This document shows, one piece after another, positions 33,459-45,800 of a DNA stretch of 64,000 nt. The first letter of the stretch is position 1. Each line of letters begins with the position of its first letter. This DNA is from Phoronis australis (taxonomy: Eukaryota > Animalia > Phoronida): positions 8,531 through 72,530 of the forward strand of contig NMRA01000816.1 in assembly GCA_002633005.1 (NCBI GenBank). The letters run 5' to 3'. A program made the translations under genes and the position numbers. Under the pieces are notes generated by a model. It worked only from the letters and a program-made list of their open reading frames with translations. It was not told where the DNA came from and made no database searches.

Positions 33459-36316
33459 TTATGAAGTCTTCTTTTCTTTTGGTTTTCTGCTCTTGAAGAT
33501 TGTGATCCCAATGAACGCACCTGTAATGCAAACGAATTAAAATTGCTTCAAGTGTGAATGAAACCGTAGTAACGTTCTCTGCATAGCCCTATGATACAGA
33601 TTCCTAAATACGACAGTCGCCTCAACCATGGACTAATAGAAGTCAACAAAAGGTGAACTTGCTGTTTTAAAAAGATCATCCGTTATAAAAGCATTCAGTC
33701 AAGACGTGCAAACCTAACATAACATTTGTATTTACTTAAAATAATGTCCACAATCCACAATTTTCAGGAAAATGACCCGTGTCTGAGCCAATACCCCACA
33801 AATTGAGATATTGCAAAATAACCTTCCACGAGCAAAATGATGTTATGCTGACAATCGATTTTTATTAATTATCTTTTCTTACAAATTAACTGGCATTTAG
33901 TAATCCACTGAAACAACGGTCTCAAAATTCACAATATATTCACATGATAAAATGTATATTTCTCCCAGCTGTACATATGAAATGCTTACCTAACGCCAAT
34001 AACACCGTCACACCAGCTGACACTGGAATGATTATGGCGTACTCTCTCGGCAGGAAGTAGTGATGAATAACATGACGTGCCTCTACAAACGGCTACAAGG
34101 AACAATGAATACGGTCACTGTGAGAATGGAAACAAAATTTAGTCCAACAACAGGGTGGGGTTTCATTTTAAGTATTTTGTTCTGAATAAAGAAATGGGTG
34201 TAATGAACTGGATAGAATAAGCATATGGACTTAGACGGTAAACTTTGAACGCTGTGACACCATGTGAAGTTTTACAATATTTGCCCAAAGGTAACAAGTC
34301 TTGTTCAAACATATAATGACAATTATCATAACTTAATTGATTCAACTGACACCAAGTGGCAACTTTTTAAAGTAACGTCGAATACAAACAATGAGTGTCA
34401 AATGTTATCCATAATTGAAGAGTGGGTCTCTGAGCAAAGCATATACAAAGCCAAATCAGAGTTACAAAGTCAAAAACAAAACGAATTATACGAAGTGTAC
34501 TTAAAAACATTGTAAAAAATAAGAAATTTATTATGAAAACTATGACTACCATTTAAAAGACACCCTGTGTTGTAAGACTCAAGACTCACAGAGGGATGTT
34601 TGTGATATGACACTCAGCAAATCTTAATTAAGTCTTACAGCAGGTCTTATGTGAGATTGTTAATCAGTCCATGGTCCACACTACTTACCAGTACAATAAC
34701 CCATATTGTGTAGTAAAGGAAGACAGTCAAAGCTATACCCATCATGCCTAGCCCAGCCAGCTTGTCCAGGCCAGTTGACTGGAAATAAATGACGAGACCA
34801 GCAATGAAGACAAATTATAACTTGATGTTACACACGTGGGTTAATTAAGATGGTGCCACCACGGAAAATGTAGGCAAGACGTCATCTCTAGACGAGCACC
34901 AGTCAATGAGTATGTCACTGACTTCGCTCTTAATACTAACTGTTAGGAGCAGGAACAGTTCAGTCCAGCTGCAGCCAGCAATGCAAGTCTACGAAAGTCT
35001 CTGACACATTTTTTAAAGGGGCACAGACGGATTTATGTTTGGATGCAAAACTCCTAGACTTACAAAAACCTCTCGTTTTGATTCAACTCCAGACAACAGC
35101 AGTTTTCAAATCGAGGCTAAATCCAGACATCAGTGTTCCCCATTGCCAAGCCTTGTCGCAGTCGTTTGCTCAGCACCACGACTCGTAGGCCAATAAGTTA
35201 CTACAATTCAAAGTTACTAAAAGGGGTAACAGTGTACCAAAACCTAATGCTCCTTCTAGTATTTTAGACAATTTTAGACAAAAATAATAAGTTTATCTTT
35301 TTCAAAGGCATCAAAAACTGCTGCAAATGGCCAGAATTCCTCAGAATCATTATCAGATGGTAGCTATATGACCTAAAACTATGATGTAGCATCTGTTTGT
35401 TGTTACTTATCTTCTACACAACAAGAGCGGCAATGCAGAATGTTGACTATGCGCACATGAGTGCAACGTAAACAGTTTGCCTCAAGGTCTGTTTATTAAT
35501 ATGAAAATGGTCACTAGATGGTGCACACTACGTCAAACGTGACCAAAAACGGGAAGGCGTCGTCACCTTCGGAATAGAAAGCTATTCATGTGACTCAGTA
35601 GAAATAGTTTGTGGTAATCGCGCACACGGTGAAAATGTTAACGGTTACCAAAAAGAGGAGTTGGAATTCTTTGCCAAAGTCACCTTTATTCTCATAGCTG
35701 TAGTGCTTCATCAAAGATGTTTGTAGAGCTGTAGAAGCAGAAAGGATCACTGAAGAAAGTAAGTGCCTTTTTAAGTAATAGTTCAAAGTGTAAAATGTAT
35801 TTTTGACGAGGTGAAAACTTAATTGGTGATTTCCTTACCGCCCGTTTAAAATACACGGGACAAAATTAGTACAGAAAGCTATTTGAAGTATTGTAGCCCC
35901 TGATCCGCCAACCGAAGGGCTACGTGTTGCCGATCACTGTAGTACCACACTAGGCTACGTCTTAGGCAATGACCATCGCCTCTGTTGGCCCGACCAGAGG
36001 CGATGCAGCTCCTACAGGCACTCCATGTGCTGGAAGCTTTTCCGCGAATTATGCCTCGCACCGACTAAAACATCAAAGTCACGTTGATAGGTAACCTTTT
36101 GCGCATAGAGGAACACCTTAGGAGGTTGTCATTGCCTAGGCTACGTCTACGGCTACGTGTTAGTGTTACTGTTGCTCACGCCGAAATAAGGCTAAGCTAC
36201 CGCCAGAGAAAGCAGTGGTCAAACAAGTTCACCGGTGAAATTTTTGGCATTTATTGCTTGTTGGAGATAACAACTAATCACCAAAGGATATAAAACAATC
36301 ATAATTTTGATACCAT
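33459..36316 (-). CDS. DPM2: Dolichol phosphate-mannose biosynthesis regulatory protein DPM2, 85 aa
   Basis: Exons 36316-36314 (ATG|gtatca, inferred), 34778-34689, 34092-33990, 33520-33459 give MSTGLDKLAGLGMMGIALTVFLYYTIWVIVLPFVEARHVIHHYFLPREYAIIIPVSAGVTVLLALGAFIGITIFKSRKPKEKKTS. This has two TM helices and the YYTxWVIxLPF...HxYFLPRxYA signature of human DPM2. Confidence 0.93.
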
Positions 36317-36600
36317 TTTCTCCTTTTAATTGTGAAGAAAACTATGAAATCTTGTCTTCAGCTGGCAGACGAATGACCTTCACCTTGAATCAGGTAAAAA
36401 GTGCACAGCGAACATTTACAAACTATTTTAAAAAAAGCTACAAAATTCTTTTTGTCAAAAAATGCCCATTTATTTTTTCAGTGCTATTTAGTTTGCATCC
36501 CTGTTGCAGAATAATTCTATTGAGATCGAAAATGGAACTGATCGAAATAATCCAATTGTCCATTCACTTCCTTTCAAAACACGGTAGGTTTTCGTCTTGG
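36317..36600. promoter_or_regulatory. Probable bidirectional promoter for DPM2 and EXD3
   Basis: DPM2 exon 1 lies on the minus strand at about 36314 and above. A plus-strand donor-like cacg|gtaggt at about 36583 could feed the EXD3 acceptor at 39819. Inferred only. Confidence 0.4.
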
Positions 36601-36903
36601 TGTGCGCGTTTTCGGTTTCACTTTGCACACTCTCTTGTTTGAAATCTACTATTTGCTTGGGTTTATTAGATTTTATCAGCACAGCTACACTGTGTATGAT
36701 GATTGAACACGCTTATTTCGCTGTTCTCTGAGTTTGCTCTAGGTTTTATGGCTCATGCAAAGACAATCGGGCCGTCTCGTGTACTATCACAGTATCACTA
36801 TCAGTCAGCCCTGAACTATACAGTTACTAACTAAAGAGAAAGGTATACAACTGCTATACAATATATCCGATTGCTGGAAACTTCCGGAATAACGCCAAGC
36901 ATG

Positions 36904-37406
36904 CAGGGCTTGGAATTTTCCGTGGAAATGGGGATTTCCGCTTTTGTGAAATGTGCTTTCCGCTTTTTTTATAATATTTCCGCGTAAAAAAATCGGATTT
37001 GATATGAAATTTCCGCGGCAAATTCCTTTCTTACCGCGGCGTTGCAGACGACGTTCACCTCGGAAAGCGGAAGTTGCTCTTTATGTTTCGGAGGAACGTA
37101 AATTGTCAACATTGCCGGGGCATCTGGGTAAAGCGTGGTGTGATTATCAATGGCGGCTCGTGTTATTGTTAAGCGCGGCGACAAATACTACCGCTTTGCA
37201 GCCAAAAATGTGTGGGTTGGGAGTGGACGGGCGAGCGAAAAGGACGCAGACGCATGCTACTGATGGTGGTAACGTTTATTTTTTTTTTGTCCTCCCGATT
37301 TTTGTCGCGGAAAGGTTCACAGTGACCATTTCAAAGGCTGGTTATCGGGCATGATTTGGGCCGTAAAAGTTTATGCGTTTTTTGTCATTGGTCATTCCAA
37401 GCCCTG
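36904..37406. mobile_element. hAT-like MITE with 6-bp TSD
   Basis: TIR cagggcttggaat / attccaagccctg; agcatg on both sides (36898-36903, 37407-37412). Same TIRs at about 56874-57119. Confidence 0.8.
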
Positions 37407-38234
37407 AGCATGTCAAAACTGAGAGTAATTTAACTGAAATATTTTATCTCTGACAGCAACACGTTCACTAGTTACATTTGTTGACATCAAAACCATTAAA
37501 TATCATTACCATAAATACTTCCAGATTTCCCTAGTTCAATTGCTAACGTTCACGGCAAAGCATAGAGCGCAAATTATGCCATACGGTATCAACTAATGCG
37601 CATGCTCATAAGGCCCCTCGCAAAATCTTCAGAGCGCTTACATCTAGGAGAATTTTAGGGGGTCGATGGCCCCCCTAAAATACTCCCAGATTCCATTTGC
37701 CACATTTGCCAATTGTACATTTTATATACTAGAGATGTTTGAATTTGTACATTCTGAGTTACTTCTACCGATGACTATTAATGTTACAGTCGGAGTCGAT
37801 CACAAGCACTCGACCATCAATGAGCTCCTCCTGGTGACATGTTACATCACTATCACCTCTGCCCATTTTTAAGTCCGTACAATGGTTTAATTGTCAAGTT
37901 TTTATAAAACTGTTTCAGTAACTAATGTATACATGCATTATTGGGTACAACAGTGACCAAATGAAGTTCACAACAATAATGTGGCTAAATAAACTCCCTT
38001 CAAATCCGAGCTGTCGTTACAGGCTCAGTTTCTTCAACGGACGATACTCAGTTATGAATTGAATGTACGTCCGAAGCATTTGTTTTACCAAAACAGTTCC
38101 TATTTGGCATTCTGCCTGAACGAAAGTCCTTCCTTGTCAGGTAGCTCAAAGTTGACATTCATTGTGACACCTGCACACACCCACACATACCCACCCACCC
38201 ACACACACATACCCACACACACGCACCAATATTC

Positions 38235-38670
38235 CTGTGGCTCAACTCAAGAGAGGTAACACTTGCTCCACGTAACAGAGGGCATGTCTTGAACACAACT
38301 GCTCTACCTCAAAACCATGGGCAGACTGCCCACGTGTTCGCCACAACAACGTACTTTTGTCTTGGCCAAACCCTTCGTACCAGCAGGTGGTATTGAAGAA
38401 TATTTTGACTTAGACTCTTCTGGAAATAGCTCACCCATCTGTACAAGGTCAAAGTTATATGCTTGAACCTCGTCACGCCCTCTTGTGGCACCTAGAAATT
38501 GTCAAGGTACACATTGGACACGGGAATGAGCCGATGTGTTGTTTTTCATCCATTTTTTGTCCAGTGCATTTTTCACAGAATGTGTGAAAGCAATGCAAAC
38601 AGCGAGGATTCTTGATGCAATCGAGATAAAGTGGACACTTGAAGTCTGTTATGTCCTTGCTTTGTCCCAT
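38235..38670 (-). pseudogene. Decayed TRIM-type RING (plus B-box remnant) fragment
   Basis: FKCPLYLDCIKNPRCLHCFHTFCEKC...SFPCPMC is a C3HC4 RING with the second Cys changed to Tyr. It is followed by frameshifted VPQEGV...NF and a CCGEH B-box-like remnant with stops. Confidence 0.7.
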
Positions 38671-39039
38671 AGGACTAGTTCTTCATCTTGTTCTAGTTTA
38701 ACACATCTGTAAACACTGAGACTAGCTTAACACTTTTCAGTTTATTTTTTGGACATTCAGCCCAGAAATGACCCATCTCTCCACATTTATAACACTCTCA
38801 TTGCCTACTGGAAGGCTGATGTGGATTGAGACAGATAAGGAGACTTTTGCTTGAGATCCAACAAACCCAGAACATTCTCCTGTTACCTTCTATCCTTGAG
38901 AAATTCCGTTCAATTTCTATAGACGTGATTCATTTGATTGTTTTCAAATATATGCACACTCGGGCTAGAAATTGTTTTCACATTATATCTAGGTTGTCAA
39001 GTCACTCCCTTGCATACACTCACAAGTATGACTGAGCTC

Positions 39040-39150
39040 TGAGGAGAAGGAGGCACATTTGTGTACTGCTCGATTTTCTGCCAGTAAAGCCAAGATTTGA
39101 ACCTGGTTCTCACAAACGGGGAAACTGGAGCTCAAACCATTGAGCCAAAC
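39040..39150 (-). mobile_element. tRNA-derived SINE fragment
   Basis: The minus strand has an A-box-like tggctcaatgg and a B-box-like ggttcaaatct. Confidence 0.45.
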
Positions 39151-39852
39151 GGTTTTCTCATTTGATTGTACGGCACTTCAGGAACATAATTCATCCATGA
39201 TTTCAATACTGTAGATTTATAAGTGGACAAGACGAGACAATGGTTTCCAATAAGATTTCAATACCTAAAATCAGAATGTGATAATCTCATTAAGGGGACA
39301 GTCTGAAGTGAATACTTGCCACCAACAAGCAATTGCCTGAAGTTTTTAAAAAGTAGGGACAATTTATACAGTCTTCCAGAAGTGTCGTGCTGCAGATTCT
39401 TCTTAGAATTTGGGTGACTTCTTGGAATTTCCTCTTGAAGCACACACTGTGTCCTGCAATTTACCATGAGACCAACTCCCTCATCCACCACTTGGTCCAT
39501 CTCGGTTGTCATGAATTGAGTCCTTGTGGGACACTGTTTATGTTCTAAAACTTTATAATTATTTGTTTGTCTGACTACAGTGTGCACCAAATTTATCCTC
39601 TTAATCCCACGTAAACATTCTTTCAGTATGCATGAGGGGTTGAAAATCTGCGTCATTTTCTTGTCTAACTTTGTCTTGGTATTTTGAATTTCACCATTTC
39701 AGTTTGTTTTTGTGTCAAATCTCTCCAACAATCATCCGACTGACACAATGCTTGTTTGAAACATTTGCCCCTTTTAGCCTCACTTGGCATAATTCGTTCT
39801 CTGTTCTGCGTTATTCTAGCTTGTCTTGGGCCGAGTTGTATCAAGTTGACCT

Positions 39853-42800
39853 ATGACCATGACCCCAACGACAGAGGATCTTGACTGGAGAACTCTCATG
39901 CAACAGGAGGGAGAAAAGTGGATGTCCGCCATATACAATGCGTGGAGAAACAAGTCGAACGTTAAAACTGAGTTCCCTCAACTCGTGCGCCACGCCCTTG
40001 GATCAGTCAAGTGTCCGCACGCAGCCATCTTGTTCTTTCTTGACAATTCTAATGATATTCAGGTCGCCAAGCAGACGTCTCTCTCGTTTGCGTTGATGAA
40101 GGAGTTTGATCAGTGGTTGAGGAGACATAGGGTGCCGTATACCTTGGAGACAAGCATTCGCACATACGCATTTGGGTTAGTACCTTAATCAGTTTATTAT
40201 TCTACTAGTTAATACCTGAAGCGCTTGCGAAGTTTAAAAAATTAGAGACTCGTTTACGTTCAGCATGCAGCGCTTGACGTAACGAGCTGCAGGTTGCATT
40301 TTTGACCTGAAATTTGGAAACGGGAGTTGAGGTTTTGGCTCATATTAAGTGACAATGTGCGACCTGGAATTTCCAGGGTGTGCGAGCTGAAAATTGGAAG
40401 ATGTTGAGGGTGGGTTTTAAGACGGACATCGGCACTAGTTTGGATTCGTACAGCGTTTGGTAATTATTCACCTCGGGACACAATGTGGTAGAAAAGCGGG
40501 ATTTATTTTGTCAGAATTCTTGTCTGAACACCAAATACTACTTGATTGGTTGATAATGAACAACTGTCATCCAGCAACTCGTGGTGGACAGTTCAGTGTT
40601 TGAGGTCACAGGGCAGAGGTCAATAAGGCCAAAGGTCATTTGCAACAGTTGTATACGTCTGGTATTGAAGAATTTTGGCCTTATGCATAATGGAATATTA
40701 GAAGTAAACAATGTGACGTTTGAGGAAGTAGTAAAAATGTATATGTGATCAAGATAATTATTACTTAGTAATCTTTACATAATTATTTAATAACTGCCTT
40801 TTATACCATTTTGAAAAAGCCCACAAGTTTGTCTAAGTATGATCTGGTGTTAATTATCGTTTAGACGTGGAAAAATGTTAAAGAATCACTTTGATACAGC
40901 CTGCTCATTAAATAATAAAATTTCACTTGTCTCCCATATTGCCTACTAAATACTGGAATTAAAAATGCGATTTTGCCATCTGAGTTGTTTAGGCTTCAGA
41001 TCTTTTCAAATGTCTTATTCTAGCACCCTCTGCAGTCGACACACGGTACTAGTGGATCTGGCGGTGAGAACGTTCCAACTGGACCATGCTGGCAATGATT
41101 ACCTGCTTCCTTACGTGTACGACTGGTGGTGGAACAGGAAGAAGCTAAAGGAGGTCGGGTAGTGTTGCGTGATGAGATTAAGTTTACAGTGTGTTCGGGA
41201 TAAGTACCCGACTTGCAGTCAAAAGTCTTCAATTTGGGACTAAAATAACTCCTAAAATAAGCAAGCGTGCTGCACAAAGTATGCTAAAAATAAAAGTTAA
41301 TTATCCTGAAAAGCTGTGTTAGTTGAAAAAATTCACTTTATGTATAGAATTTCACATGACCGCTATTTTGTACCTCAAATGGAAGAACATTTGTCGCCCG
41401 TGAAGACCGTCAACAGTTATACAAAATTAGCACTTTCACATCCTCCATGACTTCTGCATTTGATTAAAAGGCCATAGAATTTTCATTTTATCATTATGTC
41501 CCAAATATTTCATCAAATCTCTTTTCACTTAAAAATCAAGTTTGAGCATTTGGCTTCCTGAGAAGCCTTTACCAGCATATGTGGAAAACTTTCGCACTGG
41601 TTACGATGCATCATCTCTCGAAATCATGTATCTTAACGGTTCATATGTTGATGTCCCTGACCCTAAATAAATCCTGTGCTTACTCAAGACTCGCTGCTAA
41701 TTTTGCGTTGAACTCTTAACCGTCTTCACGTCAAATTTAGTCAATGTGGCTGATCACATTTGATTGTTATGGCTGCAACAAAGTTCAAACTTATGTTCTG
41801 AAACTATTATAAGCCTGATCAAAGTTAAATGAAAGAGTATTTAGTACATGGACATCAGCCTCTGTACATTCTCAATGCACAAGAACCACGATCTTGCATC
41901 CAAGCCATGACCAACAGTTATGTAATTTGACTAGTGGCCATGACGTCACTATTCACTAGCGTCATCTGGTGTGTTGCCCAATTTTACTTCCTGTAAATGT
42001 TATCTGCTGACTAACCTGAAATTGAGTTACGCAATGAAGGAGAGTGAAGCCTCCTTTGAGAATTTCGTAGGAGTTGCAAATCCATTGCCTGTGATTTGTA
42101 ATCTATTGCCTGTGATCTATGATTTGTAATTCTGCCATTTCCCTGGTTTTATTACAGTCCGTGCAGATTATATCTAGACTGAACTTGTACAGCTCATTTG
42201 ACCTTCGCAGTGTAGCGCTGCCATTGCTGCTACAAGACAATGTGAATGTCCTTGAAAATTATGTGAATGGGAACAAAGACCAACAGGTGGCACTGGTGAA
42301 GCTGCTGGACCAACTGTGTGACCGTAATGTTGACCTTAAGGAGATAATCAGGTTTGTTTGTCTTCGTATCGAAAATTTATTGTTCAGAGATTACATTTGT
42401 TTGGTGCCCAACTACAACCAATGATGCTTTGGTGCTGAAACCTGATACTCTATCAAATGGACCTATATCATTGTTCAGTTTAAGGATCAGTTAATTGCAA
42501 AATTTTGCCAAGATTTGTGTAGCAGGTAAGTAATGAGATTTATTTGATACTTTAAATGTGGAGAATGCCTAAGTAGAAATACAACTTACACCTTTCAGAA
42601 TAACTACAATGTTTAGACTGAATTAAATGTTTTTAGCGTGTCTTCTGTATTTCAGTGAGAGTGGAGTGAAAGCTCCGCGGATGGATAAACTTCAGCCTAA
42701 ACAGCTGAGTAAACTGGCTGTTCGACTGATGAAGAAGTACAGTATACCTGCCGAAACCTGCCCGAATGTGAACAACTCGCGGAGTCTGGCGGCGCTGCGG

Positions 42801-45800
42801 TACGTCATGTACAAACGGTACATTGAGAGGACGGCTGAGGAACAGAGTGTCTGGGAAGAGTTGGTACAGGTTAGTGTCATTCATTGACAGACACGTTATG
42901 TTATGGCAATGTTCTCTAGCTGTCTACGTGCAATAAAAACACTGCGGGACCAAAAATATGTGCTGGATGTGGTTAGTACGTTGCATCAAATGCTTTCAGT
43001 ATCATTTTTAATTGGTGTTCTAAAGAAAACCAGGCTAAAAATGAATTGGGCTATCCTGTCCTATAGTTATTTTGTTGAAATCTTGACTAAAAAAGGTGAA
43101 ATTTCTCTTGCCTTCCATGTTGTGTTTTAAACAGTGGAACTTTTACTGGTATTCGACATTTTCCTCGGTATTGATCCATATTCATACAACGTTGATTGAT
43201 TGTTATGTAATACAGCTCAGTATGATGTAATACTGGTTTGCTGTTTGTTAAGTCAACAGTTTGTGTGGAGAATGTCACGCTCATGCCCATATTTGGATTG
43301 TCTAAAAGGGATCATTTGCACTTTTAACCGCAGTCATACCTTGTCCACTTTCACTTTTATAAATGTGGGTTGTTGGATTTGCTTTCCCAATTGTAATTTC
43401 CGACTAAGTTGAGAACTAGTTGAAACCAGTTTATGGTATGTTACCTCTGTCAAAAGTCCTTAGGCGGACGATAGATTCACAGCAGGTTTAACTAAGTCGG
43501 GGATTGNTTACCTCTGTCAAAAGTCATTAGGCAGACGGTAGATTCACAGCAGGTTTAACTAAGTCAGGAATTGCAGCAATTTAGTCACATGGCATTTAAA
43601 TTAATTGACCAATCACTTTTCATCGTTTCAGTCGACGGTAGGTGAGAATGATTGGATGAAGGCGCAGTTGGTGGATCAGCTAGTATCGTATTCTGACTTA
43701 CCTGAAGCGGTACGCTGGGCGCGACATTACAATGTGCCAGCAAGTGACCTACCCTATCAGGTGTTGGAGGCCATGCCTACATTGGACTGGTAAAGAACTG
43801 CGACTCGCAAACTTCACTTTCACCATAATTGTAACCAAGTCTTGTGATTGGCAAAATTACTCGAACCGTGACATGCAATTTGTCGGTTTTCAAGTCAAGT
43901 TTCGGGTAAAGTTGACTTGTCTCAGTACACGGATCTTTTTCAGATGAGTCTTTCTCATTTAGATCTAAAGTGCACAGGAGAAATCCTAACTTCTTAAAAT
44001 CCACTGTTCATTAGACCATGCAATTCGTTTGTAACAAATTTTTTCCTTTCCCCAAGCATGTTTACAGCTTTACTTTTTTCATTTACTCATTTTGTGTTTT
44101 CTTAATTAGTGTTTCGTTTTGGTAAAGAAAATTGCGGAAAGTCTCAAAATCTTTGCAACTTTCGTAGATTGTTTTGCTGAAATTTGGCATGCGGCAGCCA
44201 GTTGCACGAAAAGGAGACAACATTAATTCGCATGGAAATCTTAAAATAAATGCCGATTGTTTTTCTGTGGCCTTGAGCGTTGTTCATTTCAACGTAAAGT
44301 AACCTGTGTATTCATGATTGTGTAGATGTACACGCCATGGTTGTTCTCTGTGAATCATTTAGGACATTATAGAAGTTGTGCGTGTACTATCAATTCTCCG
44401 TTGCAGTGGTGTACCAGTTGGTGAGTCAGAGGACTGGGACGAGGATGACGGTATGGCCGACCCACTGTACCACACGTTGACTCTACCCATCAACTGCGTG
44501 CTGTTTGTCGACACGAGGGAGAAGTTTGAGCAATGTATGGACCGAGTCACCAAGCGGGGCACTGTCATTGGTTAGTGCAGTCGGTAAAATAACTGTTTTC
44601 AAGAGTTATCCATAATGTGAACATCAGTAGGGCAATCATTTGTTGAGCAATGTATGGACCACGTCACCAAGCGGGGCGCTGTCATTGGTTAGTGCAGTCG
44701 GTAAAATAACTGTTTTCAAGAGTTATCCATAATGTGAACATCAGTAGGGCAATTGTTTGTTAAAATTTTAAATGCTGAATGAGTTGCGATAAGTCGTTCA
44801 TCATACACCTACCTCAGTTCAGAAGTCAATTATGCATTGTATTTTTCTATCTTTGTCTGCGAAAGAGTAGAGTTGAATTCAGGAAATGGCATCGCAAAAT
44901 ATCGTTATGTTGACACCGATAATATTATAATTGTTGTTATGTGGACTGTTAGTCCATATGTGGACTGTTAGTCCAGGAGCCGGAAATGGGTAACTAGAAG
45001 TTCTCGGCAGTATTAAGGTTTTGATCGTTTAGTCTGTTCTTGTTTCATCCATGTCCCCCACTCTCCACATTTTGCTGTGTTTGTTTCGTTGGATGTTGAT
45101 GAACATTGGAAATCAGGTTTGTGTCTCGTTCGTCTATTTGCATCTTGGTGTCACACCGTTCTGCAATTATATTTGTTATTTTAAATATAATAAGCTATTC
45201 ACATGTCTTAGCTGTGCCTTGGCAATGTGTGGGAATGGGACTGAGTCACTCACAGGAGGGCTTGACAAATGAAATCTGGAGTATATCACTTCACATCACC
45301 ACGAGAAGAGAGAAAACAACAATGAAAGGCCAATTATTGAGCACTGTTGTATTTGAGTGTTGTTCCTACCTGTTTCAATAATATTATGTTATCTTGTGGC
45401 GTCGCATGCCTTGAAAGCAAGGCAGTAAAATTTGTGCATTAACCACCTATTGAATTTTTTTTAACATTTATTCAGTCATACTCACAGACAATACACACAA
45501 TCAATAGAACTGAACTGGAATGCTTACAAACAATAAGTTGATATCATCTGCTTTCACAATCACTTACATACACCCCGGGCCATACAATATTAAAATCCCT
45601 TCTAAAGAGAAGAACCATTTGTTGAATTTGGCCACTCTTGGTATTGATATGGCAAGAGTTTGTGCCATTAAAATGGGTTTAGGACATGGTGACCTCACCT
45701 TTACCTCTATACATAACAATCTTCCTCAGGTATAGATGGGGAGTGGAAACCAGGCATGGGGCCCATGCCGGTCGTCCGTATCTCCGTTCTTCAACTTGCC

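Noticed and set aside
39258-39656. 132-aa minus-strand ORF
   Set aside because: No recognisable domain or splice context.
43441-43572. About 66-bp direct repeat
   Set aside because: Copies flank N43507; probably a contig-overlap artifact.
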